Assembly (NCBI RefSeq): GCF_013315695.1
Contig: NZ_CP054353.1
Length of the DNA: 64,000 nt
Origin: Escherichia coli
GTDB lineage: Bacteria; Pseudomonadota; Gammaproteobacteria; Enterobacterales; Enterobacteriaceae
Direction: 5' to 3' (one strand)
Shown here piece by piece: positions 8,190 to 17,257 of this stretch (positions are counted from its first letter, which is position 1; the number at the start of each line of letters is the position of its first letter). Position numbers and translations under genes: made by a program. The notes below the pieces were generated by a model. That model was not told the origin of the DNA. It worked only from the letters and a program-made list of their open reading frames with translations, and ran no database searches.

Positions 8190-8724
8190 ACAGGTTTGTG
8201 AGGCTCTGGATGCCTGGGTATGTCGACCAGGAATGACACAGGAGCAAGCGACGATATTAATCACGGAAGCATTCTGGGCTCTGAAAGAACGCCCGAACAT
8301 CGATGTTCAACGCGTCACGTTTAATGATGGCGAGGTTGATCAACGGGCGCTGGGCGTTAACCGAGTGAAGATATTCGAACGCTGGAAAGCTATCGACACC
8401 AGGGATAAGCGGAAAAAATTCACGGCGCTGATTCCGGCAATTATGGAGGCTATCCGAATTAGTGATTTCAGGTTGTATCGTGAGATCAGTGATGGAAAAA
8501 GCATTACGTACATGATCGCCGGATTAAACAAAGAATATGGCGATGTGGTGGAGTCCGGGCTGCTTTTTGCGGATCCAGCTGTTGTGGAACGTGAGACTGA
8601 CGAGCTTATAGAAAAAGCTATTGCTTTCAAGCATGCGTATCGTCAGCAATATCAATATTACTTTGCAGATAAACAAATGTCTGCCAGGGGTTTGTATGAG
8701 TATCGATGCACTACGATGGGCTAA
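8173..8724 (+). CDS. YdaT-domain protein (CII-position regulator), 183 aa
   Basis: It sits right after the cro-like gene. The segment IFERWKAIDTRDKRKKFTALIPAIMEAI parallels Rac YdaT (IYHRWLKGETKTQREKIQKLIPAILAIL). Confidence 0.65.
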   Translation: MKITPEQVCEALDAWVCRPGMTQEQATILITEAFWALKERPNIDVQRVTFNDGEVDQRALGVNRVKIFERWKAIDTRDKRKKFTALIPAIMEAIRISDFRLYREISDGKSITYMIAGLNKEYGDVVESGLLFADPAVVERETDELIEKAIAFKHAYRQQYQYYFADKQMSARGLYEYRCTTMG

Positions 8725-9736
8725 AAAGGTGAAAACCGGCAGTTCATCCAGTAAGTCTGTATTGACCTGGCTTGCTGATATGTGCGGTGCCGATTTGTGT
8801 GCATACCCGTCTGTATCTGCACTGGCAGAAGTAACGGAACTAAACAAAAAGACTGTGCAGGACAGCTTACGACACCTGATGGAGATTGGGTTAATTGTTG
8901 ATACCGGTGAGAGAAAAGGCAGAACAAAGCAAATTGTGGTGTACCGACTTATCGGTGTAGAAGAAAGTGTTGCCGAGCCTGAATACACCCAAAAACGGGA
9001 GTCTTTAAAGGTGGGTAAAATTGGTGCTGTTAATAAAAACAGTACCGAAAATGGTTATGTTTCAGCACAAAACAGACCCAAAAACGGAACTCTTAGCTGC
9101 ATGGAAAATAACCAAAGACACCCAAATTTTCCATCAAAGACACCCAAAAACGGATCACGGAACCCAAAGGAACCCAAAGATCTAAACCCCACACATAACG
9201 CACGCGAGAGTGCTCCGACCAGTGAGCAGGAAGTTTTGTCGTTACAGGCAGCACCCCTTGTATTCCTGGATGGCCTGAGCGAACCCATCGGAAAATTTCC
9301 GATGACCGATAGCTGGTATCCGTCACGGGATTTTCGACGACGGGCTGCGTTGTGGGGGATGGCTTTGCCGGAGACAGAATTTACACCTGCTGAACTTGCC
9401 GCCTTCCGGGACTACTGGGCAGCGGAGGGGAAAGTGTTTACGCAGATTCAGTGGGAGCAGAAATTCGCCCGTCACGTAAATCACGTCAGGGCGCAGGTTA
9501 AACCAGTCAGCAAGGGGGTAAACCATGCAGCAGCACCAGGTGGCACCGCATCACGGGCAGTTCAGGAAATTCGGGCAGCACGTGAGCAGTGGGAACGTGA
9601 AAACGGATTTATCAGCGACGGAAACGGTCTGGAAGCTGTGGGAACTCATGGGGGAGGTTTATTCGAACCGCTGGACCCAGAAGAACGGGGCCGCACCTTC
9701 GAAGCTCTGGATTGCACAGATTGGCGCGATGACTGA
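8696..9736 (+). CDS. Replication initiator (O-like): N-terminal winged HTH, C-terminal DnaT-like domain
   Basis: MSIDALRWAKKVKTGSSSSKSVLTWLADMCG... is typical of phage replication-protein N-termini. The position upstream of the P-like gene fits. The start was chosen at the internal ATG 8696. Confidence 0.7.
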   Translation: MSIDALRWAKKVKTGSSSSKSVLTWLADMCGADLCAYPSVSALAEVTELNKKTVQDSLRHLMEIGLIVDTGERKGRTKQIVVYRLIGVEESVAEPEYTQKRESLKVGKIGAVNKNSTENGYVSAQNRPKNGTLSCMENNQRHPNFPSKTPKNGSRNPKEPKDLNPTHNARESAPTSEQEVLSLQAAPLVFLDGLSEPIGKFPMTDSWYPSRDFRRRAALWGMALPETEFTPAELAAFRDYWAAEGKVFTQIQWEQKFARHVNHVRAQVKPVSKGVNHAAAPGGTASRAVQEIRAAREQWERENGFISDGNGLEAVGTHGGGLFEPLDPEERGRTFEALDCTDWRDD

Positions 9737-10190
9737 GCAGCAAATCCGACAGGTCTGCCGCCAGTGCATGGACCGCTGCCGGGCGGGTGAAACATGGCCT
9801 CCGGACCTGGCTGAGTTTGTGGCGCTGATTTCAGAAAGCGGGGCCAATCCATTTGGCCTGACGGTGGATGCTGTGATGGAGGAGTACCGCCGCTGGCGTG
9901 ATGAGTCCTGGCGATATGACGGAAGCGACAAATATCCGTGGCCTCAGCCTGTGCTGTACCACATCTGCCTCGAAATGCGTACCAGAGGGATTGAGCGCCA
10001 GATGACGCAGGGTGAGTTAAAACGACTTGCGGAACGGCAACTGACGAAATGGGCAAAGCATGTTGGTAACGGGATGAGTGTTCCGCCAGTGCGACGACAA
10101 CTGGAAGGGGCGAAACACCCGCAAGGGCCAACGCCAATTGAACGGCTGAAACAGGAATACGAACGCCGGAAGGCAGCTGGTTTTATTTGA
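9525..10190 (+). CDS. Replication protein P-like (DnaB helicase loader); start uncertain (GTG 9597 or ATG 9648 are also possible)
   Basis: It aligns with lambda P (..WPPDLAEFVALI.., ..YPWPQPVLYHICLEMR..). The N-terminus overlaps the 3' end of the O-like gene in another frame. Confidence 0.75.
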   Translation: MQQHQVAPHHGQFRKFGQHVSSGNVKTDLSATETVWKLWELMGEVYSNRWTQKNGAAPSKLWIAQIGAMTEQQIRQVCRQCMDRCRAGETWPPDLAEFVALISESGANPFGLTVDAVMEEYRRWRDESWRYDGSDKYPWPQPVLYHICLEMRTRGIERQMTQGELKRLAERQLTKWAKHVGNGMSVPPVRRQLEGAKHPQGPTPIERLKQEYERRKAAGFI

Positions 10191-10223
10191 ATCTGAGAAA
10201 CGATTTTGTCGGAGGAAATTTTA

Positions 10224-10994
10224 ATGGAAACCGTATTTGACGCACTGAAAGCAATGGGAAAAGCCACATCGGTAGAACTGGCCGCGCGACTTGATATCAG
10301 TCGTGAAGAGGTTCTCAACGAGCTGTGGGAACTCAAAAGAAAAGGCGTCGTTGATAAAACTGGTCACACCTGGTTTCTGGCTGGCGAAGGTGAATCCCGG
10401 GTAACCGAAGAGCGGCCAGTAAAATCTGAAGCACAGGATATGCTGACCGGGGAGGTCGAACAAAAAGTTACCGCAGACATGATGATTGAGTTTATCGGTC
10501 AGGATGGGGCTAAAACGTGTGAGGAACTGGCGGGTAAGTTCGGTGTCAGTACTCGCAAGGTTGCTTCCACGCTGGCGGTGGTAACCGCAACGGGGCGGCT
10601 GGCACGCGTTAATCAGAACGGTAAATTTCGTTACTGCATGCCGGGCGATAATTTACCAGCAGAGCCGAAAGCCGCGCTGGTAACGGAAAGTGATGGTAAG
10701 GCCTTTCCTCAGCCAGCAGGTGCTGCGTTACCAGTCCGGGAAGCCGCAACACAGGAAGAAATTAAAACAGAAACTGTGGCGGACATTGTGCAGCCGTTGC
10801 CATCGTTTACCGAAACGCAAGCAGATGAGCTGATTTTTCCGTCCCTTCGCAGGGCAAACCTGGCGCTGCGCAGGGCGAAAAGTGATGTTCAGAAGTGGGA
10901 GCGAGTCTGCGCCGCGCTGCGGGAGCTGAACAAGCACCGGGATATTGTTCGACAGATTACTGATTCTTCCCGCCGTGTTGTATCGGAAAAGTGA
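10224..10994 (+). CDS. Hypothetical protein with two winged-helix-like segments (DUF1627-like), 256 aa
   Basis: A GGAGGAA RBS precedes ATG 10224. The motif pairs [29 protein letters not shown] and [28 protein letters not shown] suggest winged-helix domains. The family name is recalled, not verified. Confidence 0.5.
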   Translation: METVFDALKAMGKATSVELAARLDISREEVLNELWELKRKGVVDKTGHTWFLAGEGESRVTEERPVKSEAQDMLTGEVEQKVTADMMIEFIGQDGAKTCEELAGKFGVSTRKVASTLAVVTATGRLARVNQNGKFRYCMPGDNLPAEPKAALVTESDGKAFPQPAGAALPVREAATQEEIKTETVADIVQPLPSFTETQADELIFPSLRRANLALRRAKSDVQKWERVCAALRELNKHRDIVRQITDSSRRVVSEK

Positions 10995-11009
10995 TTGCCG
11001 GAGGCGCTT

Positions 11010-11402
11010 ATGGCAAAAGTATTTACACCAGAAGAGCGGGAAGAAGTGAAGGCGCGCATTGTGGAATTCGTGCGCCTGAGCGGACGAGAAACTTTTCGAC
11101 AACTGGCAGATAAAACGGGTGTCAGTAAGACCGCTATTCGTCGTTTATCTGGTGCGCTTGCGGCCAGTGGTGATGTCTGGCTCTCTGGTTGCGGGGTATT
11201 TCCATCAGAGCAGGCGTATCGCGTATGGCGTAAGACACCGGAGAAGGCTGCTGACCCGACACTGATTCGAAAGTTACCTGACGGAGAAATACGTCGTTAC
11301 AACAGACGGCAGAACATAATTTGTCGTGAGTGCCGCCAGAGCGAAGTTATGCAGCGTGTGCTGGCGTTCTATCGGGGAAACTTTCAGGAGGTGATGGAGT
11401 GA
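11010..11402 (+). CDS. Hypothetical HTH protein, 130 aa
   Basis: A GGAGG RBS precedes ATG 11010. The segment FRQLADKTGVSKTAIRRLSGAL looks like an HTH. Confidence 0.5.
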   Translation: MAKVFTPEEREEVKARIVEFVRLSGRETFRQLADKTGVSKTAIRRLSGALAASGDVWLSGCGVFPSEQAYRVWRKTPEKAADPTLIRKLPDGEIRRYNRRQNIICRECRQSEVMQRVLAFYRGNFQEVME

Positions 11403-11695
11403 GGGTCAGAGTTTATATTGCCGGTCCAATGACGGGATATGAAAATTTCAACCGTGAGGCGTTTCACAAGGCGGAAGAGGAACTGAAACGGGAAGGGCAT
11501 ACCGTCTTAAACCCGGCAGTACTTCCGGACGGGCTGACACAGCCGCACTACATGGATATTTGCATGGCAATGATTCGTTGTGTGGATGCGATTTACATGC
11601 TGAATGGCTGGCAGCGGTCAGCGGGCGCTAAGGCAGAGCTGGCACTGGCGGAGAAACTGGGGCATGCAGTGATTTATCAGGAGGTGGCTCAATGA
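11399..11695 (+). CDS. DUF4406-like protein (nucleoside 2-deoxyribosyltransferase-like fold), 98 aa
   Basis: The GTG start overlaps the previous stop. VYIAGPMTGYENFNREAFHKAEEELKREGHTVLNP is the characteristic N-terminal motif of this family (from memory). Confidence 0.6.
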   Translation: MRVRVYIAGPMTGYENFNREAFHKAEEELKREGHTVLNPAVLPDGLTQPHYMDICMAMIRCVDAIYMLNGWQRSAGAKAELALAEKLGHAVIYQEVAQ

Positions 11696-12153
11696 GAGAG
11701 GTTAACTATGAGGCGCTTCGTGAGGCAGCACAAAACTATCAGTCGACGCTGGCGTGGTATCAGGCTATTCCGGACAGCCCAAATGCTGAACGGGATTGTG
11801 ATGCGGCTCTTGCTGCGTTTAAGCGTCACATCCGTCATCGGGAAGCGGATATTATCGCTGATTTGCTGGATGGACTGGAAGAAGCAAAATCACAACTCAA
11901 CGAGCAGCGTGAGTATTACGAAGGCGTTATCTCTGATGGGAGCAAGCGTATTGCTGAACTGGAAGCGCGGGAAGTTCAATTACCGACTCGCTACGACCTT
12001 CGATATGGACACCCGATAAATGCAGATGAGCGACATGTCATGATACCTAAAGAAAATGGCAGTTGGCTTTACCTGATTGACTTAGAACACGCATTACGCG
12101 TCGCTGGCATTCGCATCAAAGGAGAGGAGCATGGAAATAAAACCAGAGGATGA
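11692..12153 (+). CDS. Ead/Ea22-like early protein, 153 aa
   Basis: It has a coiled-coil central region and a C-terminus typical of lambdoid Ea22-like proteins. The start is coupled to the previous gene (ATGA overlap). Confidence 0.5.
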   Translation: MREVNYEALREAAQNYQSTLAWYQAIPDSPNAERDCDAALAAFKRHIRHREADIIADLLDGLEEAKSQLNEQREYYEGVISDGSKRIAELEAREVQLPTRYDLRYGHPINADERHVMIPKENGSWLYLIDLEHALRVAGIRIKGEEHGNKTRG

Positions 12154-12487
12154 GTTAAGCAATATCGTTTTATTTCCGGTAAAAGAGGATGACCCTCGTA
12201 ATCAGGTTAATTTTCTTTATGAGCCATCGGAAAGACCATATTGTCATCACGCCTCTGTTCGGGTTGACGAAAAAGAGCGTCAGGTCCGCTGTAAAATCTG
12301 CGGTGCAGTTGTGGAGCCATTTGACTGGATGCTCTCTGTGGCGAAAAGAGAAACCAGACTGGCAGATGATGTAAGGCTCTTGCGTCAGGAGGAGCGGGAA
12401 AGGCGAAAAAATATAGAAAAGCTAATTCAGATTGAGCGTAACGCGAAAGCGCGGATACGCAGGGCGACAAAATCCAGAACTGAATAA
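12131..12487 (+). CDS. Hypothetical protein with CHH..CKIC zinc-ribbon-like motif and a basic C-terminal helix, 118 aa
   Basis: ORF track entry with a GGAGAGGAG RBS upstream. Confidence 0.5.
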   Translation: MEIKPEDELSNIVLFPVKEDDPRNQVNFLYEPSERPYCHHASVRVDEKERQVRCKICGAVVEPFDWMLSVAKRETRLADDVRLLRQEERERRKNIEKLIQIERNAKARIRRATKSRTE

Positions 12488-12580
12488 TTAAATTTAGCTC
12501 TGTTAAAAATTTAATCCTTAACCGGAGGGATTTCTGCACCCTCAGAACATCAGGAGGCCGCCCGAAAGGGCGGTAGTTAA

Positions 12581-12763
12581 ATGCGAAAGTTTAAAATAAT
12601 TATTGAAACGGGAATAGCCGGTGGAGATTTCGAGGATGAATTCGAAGTGGATGATGATGCGACGCCTGATGAAATACATGACGAAGCAAAAGATATTTTC
12701 TTTAACTACTGCAATTACTCATATCACGAAATAAAAGACGAAGAGGAAGAGCAAAATGGCTGA
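12581..12763 (+). CDS. Hypothetical acidic protein, 60 aa
   Basis: ORF track entry, preceded by the hairpin GCCGCCCGAAAGGGCGG. Confidence 0.45.
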   Translation: MRKFKIIIETGIAGGDFEDEFEVDDDATPDEIHDEAKDIFFNYCNYSYHEIKDEEEEQNG

Positions 12764-12932
12764 TTTTGGTTCAACTAAATACAACGTCAGTTTTGAAGCA
12801 TGGCATGAACTGTTAATGGACTATGCAGAGTTACGTGGTGGCAGTGCTGCTGATGCTGAAGCATGGCGTGATGATTATGAAGCAGGAAAAACTCCGGTCG
12901 AAGCATATTGTGATGAGTGGGGCGATGAATGA
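12756..12932 (+). CDS. Hypothetical protein, 58 aa (below the ORF-track length cutoff)
   Basis: Hand translation gives MADFGSTKYNVSFEAWHELLMDYAELRGGSAADAEAWRDDYEAGKTPVEAYCDEWGDE. The ORF overlaps both neighbours by a few nt (translational coupling). Confidence 0.5.
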   Translation: MADFGSTKYNVSFEAWHELLMDYAELRGGSAADAEAWRDDYEAGKTPVEAYCDEWGDE

Positions 12933-13444
12933 GCGAGATTAATTATCAGGAAGGGCATGAAACGGCAGGGCAGGCAAAACCAGTTGCATGGCGATATCGC
13001 TACGTGAAAAAAGACGTTACAGACTTTCAGGGGAAGCCGTGGGCTGGTGACTGGAAATATGTACCGACAAAAGAGGATTGTAACGACAGGCCGAACTATG
13101 AAATTCAGGCCTTATTCATCGGCCCGCCAGTCCCGGTGACATCAGAAGGACTGGTTAAAGCCGTGCGCTTTTATGAACAGGTAAAGCGTGAGAATCCGCC
13201 AGTCGAAACAGGAGCATGGAAGGATGCTGTTGACTGGGTGCTCAGAGAGGCCTGCTGCGCTGCCATTCTGGGTAAAGCCGACAATCCACCAGCATCCGGC
13301 AATCAGGTTAGCGAATTAACAATGTGGGTTAAACGACTGGTCAGTCAACTGAAAAAAGCTCAGCCGGACTGCAAATTACCGGAGAAGGCGATGGATTACC
13401 TGAAACGAAATGGACTGATAAGCGTGGAGGATGTTTTACGATGA
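12929..13444 (+). CDS. Hypothetical protein, 171 aa
   Basis: ORF track entry, coupled to the upstream ORF (ATGA). Confidence 0.5.
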   Translation: MSEINYQEGHETAGQAKPVAWRYRYVKKDVTDFQGKPWAGDWKYVPTKEDCNDRPNYEIQALFIGPPVPVTSEGLVKAVRFYEQVKRENPPVETGAWKDAVDWVLREACCAAILGKADNPPASGNQVSELTMWVKRLVSQLKKAQPDCKLPEKAMDYLKRNGLISVEDVLR

Positions 13445-13564
13445 ATATTTAGACTAAAGAGTTTGTAACGCTATGTAAGTGATTTTTTCTGGTTTAGATA
13501 TTTATATGTCCGGCCAAATTGAGGTGTGTTTAAATGTTATTGCACATTGATTGTAGGGGGAATA

Positions 13565-13744
13565 ATGAAAAACGCATTGCAGTTTTTGTTTGTTGCGTTC
13601 TGGTTGTTCGCATCATGTATGCCCATCATCTTCACAGCAAGGTATATGGAAAAAATTGATGTTTTGATATTAATGTTTGGACATATAAATGCCCTTTTTT
13701 TAGGGGTGTTCATGGCGGTCATGTGCATTGAATACTGGCGGTAA
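13565..13744 (+). CDS. Small two-helix membrane protein, 59 aa, in a low-GC patch
   Basis: MKNALQFLFVAFWLFASCMPIIFTARYMEKIDVLILMFGHINALFLGVFMAVMCIEYWR contains two hydrophobic spans. Confidence 0.45.
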   Translation: MKNALQFLFVAFWLFASCMPIIFTARYMEKIDVLILMFGHINALFLGVFMAVMCIEYWR

Positions 13745-13946
13745 ATACAGCGAACGCCATTGGTTTAGTTGGATATTTACTGTGCCGGACAAAAACGGTT
13801 TGCGGGGAAATCTTAGTTAAGTAGAATAACTGCGGGTGCTTGAGGCTATCTGTCTCAGGCATGAACACCAAAAGGCAGATAGAGAAAAGCCCCAGTTAAC
13901 ATTACGCGTCCTGCAAGACGCTTAACATTAATCTGAGGCCATATCT

Positions 13947-14006
13947 ATGCGACACATAGAGATTAGCCTCTTACGGACCGAAAGGTCAAGGAGAAGCAGG
14001 CTATGA
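13947..14006 (+). CDS. mok: mok-like leader ORF (19 codons) translationally coupled to hok
   Basis: ATG at 13947; its TGA (14004-14006) overlaps the hok ATG (14003-14005). Confidence 0.5.
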   Translation: MRHIEISLLRTERSRRSRL

Positions 14007-14158
14007 AGCAGCAAAAGGCGATGTTAATCGCCCTGATCGTCATCTGTTTAACCGTCATAGTGACGGCACTGGTAACGAGGAAAGACCTCTGCGAGGTACG
14101 AATCCGAACCGGCCAGACGGAGGTCGCTGTCTTCACAGCTTACGAACCTGAGGAGTAA
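14003..14158 (+). CDS. hokD: Hok-family type I toxin (HokD/RelF), 51 aa
   Basis: Hand translation gives MKQQKAMLIALIVICLTVIVTALVTRKDLCEVRIRTGQTEVAVFTAYEPEE, matching remembered Qin HokD. It is below the ORF-track cutoff. Confidence 0.9.
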   Translation: MKQQKAMLIALIVICLTVIVTALVTRKDLCEVRIRTGQTEVAVFTAYEPEE

Positions 14159-14227
14159 GAGACCCGGCGAGGGAGAAATCCCTCGCCACCTCTGATGTGG
14201 CAGGCATTCTCAACGCACCCGCACTTA

Positions 14228-14255
14228 ACCCGCTTCGGCGGGTTTTTGTTTTTAT
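14228..14255 (+). terminator. Rho-independent terminator of the hok mRNA
   Basis: ACCCGC-TTCG-GCGGGT followed by TTTTTGTTTTT. Confidence 0.8.
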
Positions 14256-14374
14256 TTTCAACGCATTTGAAGTTCTGGACGGTGCCGGAATAGAATCAAA
14301 AATACTTAAGTAGCGCGCAGGGATAAGAGGGATGGTCCCTTAAAGGGGAGAGCTAATTATCCGGAAGGATTCTG

Positions 14375-14626
14375 ATGATGAACATCGAAGAACTGCGTAA
14401 AATTTTTTGTGAAGATGGCCTCTATGCTGTGTGCGTTGAAAATGGAAATATTGTTAGTCATTACCGCATTGTGTGTTTGCAAAAAAATGGGGCTGCGTTA
14501 ATTAATTTTGTGGATGCCCGAGTGACGGACGGATTTATCTTGCGCGACGGTGAGTTTGTCACTTCATTACAGGTATTGAAAGAGATCGGAATAAAAGCTG
14601 GCTTTTCTGCTTTTTCAGAAGAATAA
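14375..14626 (+). CDS. Hypothetical protein, 83 aa
   Basis: ORF track entry with a GGAAGGA RBS upstream. Confidence 0.45.
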   Translation: MMNIEELRKIFCEDGLYAVCVENGNIVSHYRIVCLQKNGAALINFVDARVTDGFILRDGEFVTSLQVLKEIGIKAGFSAFSEE

Positions 14627-14692
14627 ACTCATCTACAATCTTGCGCGGGGCTGAACTCCCGCTGAGTAACACCGTGCCACCGGAGAAAACCG

Positions 14693-14971
14693 ATGGCACG
14701 CAACGCAAAATATTACAAACATGATAATTCGACCGTTCTTGCCCACACGCACGAGCGGTATTCTCACGCATTTAAGTCAGACTGGTACCAGCATCCCCCA
14801 TGCACTGAAGAACAGGCCGAATGGCTCATTCAGTGTTACCGCAGGCGCGGATGCGAGGTTAAAAAAGCCCTTAGCCTCGACTACCGTCACTGGATAATCT
14901 CCGTCAGGCTTCCTTACTCCGAACGCCCACCGCGTCTGTCCCGCACATTCCAGCAACGCATCTGGAGGTAA
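14693..14971 (+). CDS. Hypothetical protein, 92 aa
   Basis: ORF track entry, closely followed by the DUF968 gene. Confidence 0.4.
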   Translation: MARNAKYYKHDNSTVLAHTHERYSHAFKSDWYQHPPCTEEQAEWLIQCYRRRGCEVKKALSLDYRHWIISVRLPYSERPPRLSRTFQQRIWR

Positions 14972-14972
14972 C

Positions 14973-16019
14973 GTGCGGGTATTACTTCGACCTGTTCTGG
15001 TACCGGAACTCGGGCTGGTGATCGTTAAGCCGGGCAGTGAATCCATGCCGGTATTCCACAATACCCGGGTACTGGTGGAGCCGGAACCGAAAAGCATGCG
15101 TAATCTGCCGTCCGGGGTCGTTCCTGCCGTTCGCCAGCCGCTGGCGGAGGATAAATCATTACTGCCATTTTTCAGCGACGAACGAGTGATTCGTGCTGCT
15201 GGTGGCGCTGGCGCATTGTCTGACTGGTTACTGCGCCATGTTAAATCCTGCCAGTGGCCACACGGCGATTATCACCACAGTGAAACCGTCATTCACCGTT
15301 ATGGTACCGGCGCAATGGTGTTGTGCTGGCACTGCGACAACCAGCTGCGCGACCAGACCTCCGAATCACTCGGGCAACTTGCTCACCAAAACCTGTCTGC
15401 ATGGATGATTGACGTCATACGCCATGCAATGAATGGCTCGCAGGAACGGGAATTATCGCTGGCTGAATTATCCTGGTGGGCGGTCCGCAATCAGGTGGCG
15501 GACGCGCTACCGGAAGCGGTATTACGTCGTTCGCTGGGGTTGCGTGCGGAAAAAATCCGCTCAATGTACCGTGAAAGCGACATCGTACCGGGAGAGCAGA
15601 CCGCCACCAGCATACTGAAGCAGCGCACAAAAAATCTTGCGCCGCTGCCTCACGCCCACCAGCAAAACCCGCCACAGGAAGAGACGGTGGTCAGCATTGC
15701 CGTTGATCCTGAGTCTCCGGAATCTTTCATGAAACGACCTAAACGTCGCCGCTGGGTTAACGAGAAATACACACGCTGGGTGAAGACACAGCCGTGTGCG
15801 TGTTGTGGTAAGCCAGCCGACGATCCCCATCACCTGATTGGTCATGGTCAGGGCGGAATGGGGACAAAATCTCACGATATTTTCACGCTACCGCTGTGTC
15901 GGGAGCATCACAACGAGCTTCATGCGGATCCTCTGGCGTTCGAAGAAAAGCATGGTTCTCAGGTTGATTTAATTTTTCGTTTTCTTGATCACGCCTTTGC
16001 AACTGGCGTGCTTGGGTAA
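14973..16019 (+). CDS. DUF968 protein (YdfU-like, HNH-like C-terminal Cys/His cluster), 348 aa
   Basis: The C-terminus (CACCGKPADDPHHLIGHGQGGMGTKSHDIFTLPLCREHHNELH) and the position upstream of rusA match Qin ydfU. Confidence 0.8.
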   Translation: MRVLLRPVLVPELGLVIVKPGSESMPVFHNTRVLVEPEPKSMRNLPSGVVPAVRQPLAEDKSLLPFFSDERVIRAAGGAGALSDWLLRHVKSCQWPHGDYHHSETVIHRYGTGAMVLCWHCDNQLRDQTSESLGQLAHQNLSAWMIDVIRHAMNGSQERELSLAELSWWAVRNQVADALPEAVLRRSLGLRAEKIRSMYRESDIVPGEQTATSILKQRTKNLAPLPHAHQQNPPQEETVVSIAVDPESPESFMKRPKRRRWVNEKYTRWVKTQPCACCGKPADDPHHLIGHGQGGMGTKSHDIFTLPLCREHHNELHADPLAFEEKHGSQVDLIFRFLDHAFATGVLG

Positions 16020-16031
16020 AAGAGGTGACTG

Positions 16032-16406
16032 ATGCTCATAGATTTGGTTTTACCTTACCCGCCGACGGTGAACACTTACTGGCGACGCCGTGGCAGCACA
16101 TATTTTATCTCGGAGGAGGGAAAGCGTTATCGCCGGGCTGTGGCGCTTATTGTTCGCCAGCAGCGGCTGAAATTAAGCCTGTCCGGAAGGCTGGCGATAA
16201 AGGTGATTGCAGAGCCACCGGATAAGCGTCGTCGCGACCTGGACAATATCCTGAAAGCACCGCTGGATGCGCTGACGCATGCGGGAGTGTTAATGGACGA
16301 TGAGCAGTTTGATGAAATCAATATCGTTCGTGGTCAGCCAGTATCTGGTGGACGTCTGGGGGTGAAGATTTACCCCATAATGCATGAAGAGCAGGTCAAA
16401 AAATGA
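16032..16406 (+). CDS. rusA: Holliday-junction resolvase RusA, 124 aa
   Basis: The RRRDLDNILKAPLDALTHAGVLMDDEQ motif aligns with K-12 RusA ([27 protein letters not shown]). Confidence 0.9.
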   Translation: MLIDLVLPYPPTVNTYWRRRGSTYFISEEGKRYRRAVALIVRQQRLKLSLSGRLAIKVIAEPPDKRRRDLDNILKAPLDALTHAGVLMDDEQFDEINIVRGQPVSGGRLGVKIYPIMHEEQVKK

Positions 16407-17224
16407 AACTGGAAGATTTACCGAAATACTACTCCCCAAAATCCCCTGGCCTGACCGATGCATCGGCCTCAACGTCAAAAGATGCGCTGAGTATCACTGA
16501 TGTGATGGCCGCGCAGGGCATGACACAGAATCGGGCTGAGATGGGTTTTTCTGCGTTCCTGGGGAAAATGGGCATCAGTATGAATGACAGGGTGCGGGCA
16601 ACAGAATTACTGGCAGATTATGCACTCAGTCGGTGCGATCGTGTGGCGGCGTTGAGAAAACTTCCGGCAGAAATAAAACCGGTAGTGATGCGCATTATGG
16701 CTTCGTACGCTTTTGAGGATTATGCCCGCAGCGCAGCGAGTAAAAAGCAGTGCCCTTGTTGCTATGGGGAAAAATTTATTGAAAGCATAGTTTTTACAAA
16801 CAAGGTCCAGTATCCGGATGGTAAGCCGCCGGTATGGGCAAAGTGTACGAAAGGTGTGTATCCGTCTTACTGGGAAGAATGGAAAAAAGTCAGGGAGGTG
16901 GTAAAAGTTGCCTGTCCGGAGTGTGGCGGAAAGGGTGAGGTTTCCACCGCCTGTAAGGATTGCCGTGGGCGTGGTGTCGCCATTCACCGTGAAGAGTCGG
17001 TAAAACGTGGTATGCCTGTTATCAGAGACTGCCAGCGTTGTGGTGGTCGTGGCTATGAAAGACTACCATCAACGGAGGCATTTAATGCTATATGCGAGGT
17101 GACAAACCAGATAACACGCGCGTCATGGGAAAAAACAGTTAAGAAATTCTATGATGCGCTGGTGACCCGGTTTGATATTGAAGAAGCATGGGCTGAGCGG
17201 CAGTTAAAAAAGGTAACTAGGTAA
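16403..17224 (+). CDS. Late-gene antiterminator Q (QuuQ/YdfT family with DnaJ-type CxxCxGxG zinc fingers), 273 aa
   Basis: It contains CPECGGKGEV..CKDCRGRG..CQRCGGRG. The position is immediately upstream of a promoter-terminator pair and the lysis genes. Confidence 0.8.
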   Translation: MKLEDLPKYYSPKSPGLTDASASTSKDALSITDVMAAQGMTQNRAEMGFSAFLGKMGISMNDRVRATELLADYALSRCDRVAALRKLPAEIKPVVMRIMASYAFEDYARSAASKKQCPCCYGEKFIESIVFTNKVQYPDGKPPVWAKCTKGVYPSYWEEWKKVREVVKVACPECGGKGEVSTACKDCRGRGVAIHREESVKRGMPVIRDCQRCGGRGYERLPSTEAFNAICEVTNQITRASWEKTVKKFYDALVTRFDIEEAWAERQLKKVTR

Positions 17225-17229
17225 CAAGG

Positions 17230-17257
17230 TTGATTTTTCCGGAATCTGTGGTAAATT
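17230..17257 (+). promoter_or_regulatory. Late promoter PR' candidate (TTGATT-N16-TGgTAAATT, extended -10)
   Basis: Read directly from the sequence; it lies 5 nt after the Q stop. Confidence 0.6.

Noticed and set aside
16607-16987. 126-aa reverse ORF inside the Q gene, plus similar reverse ORFs inside replication genes (8340-8988, 9646-10137).
   Set aside because: These are shadow ORFs within well-supported forward genes.
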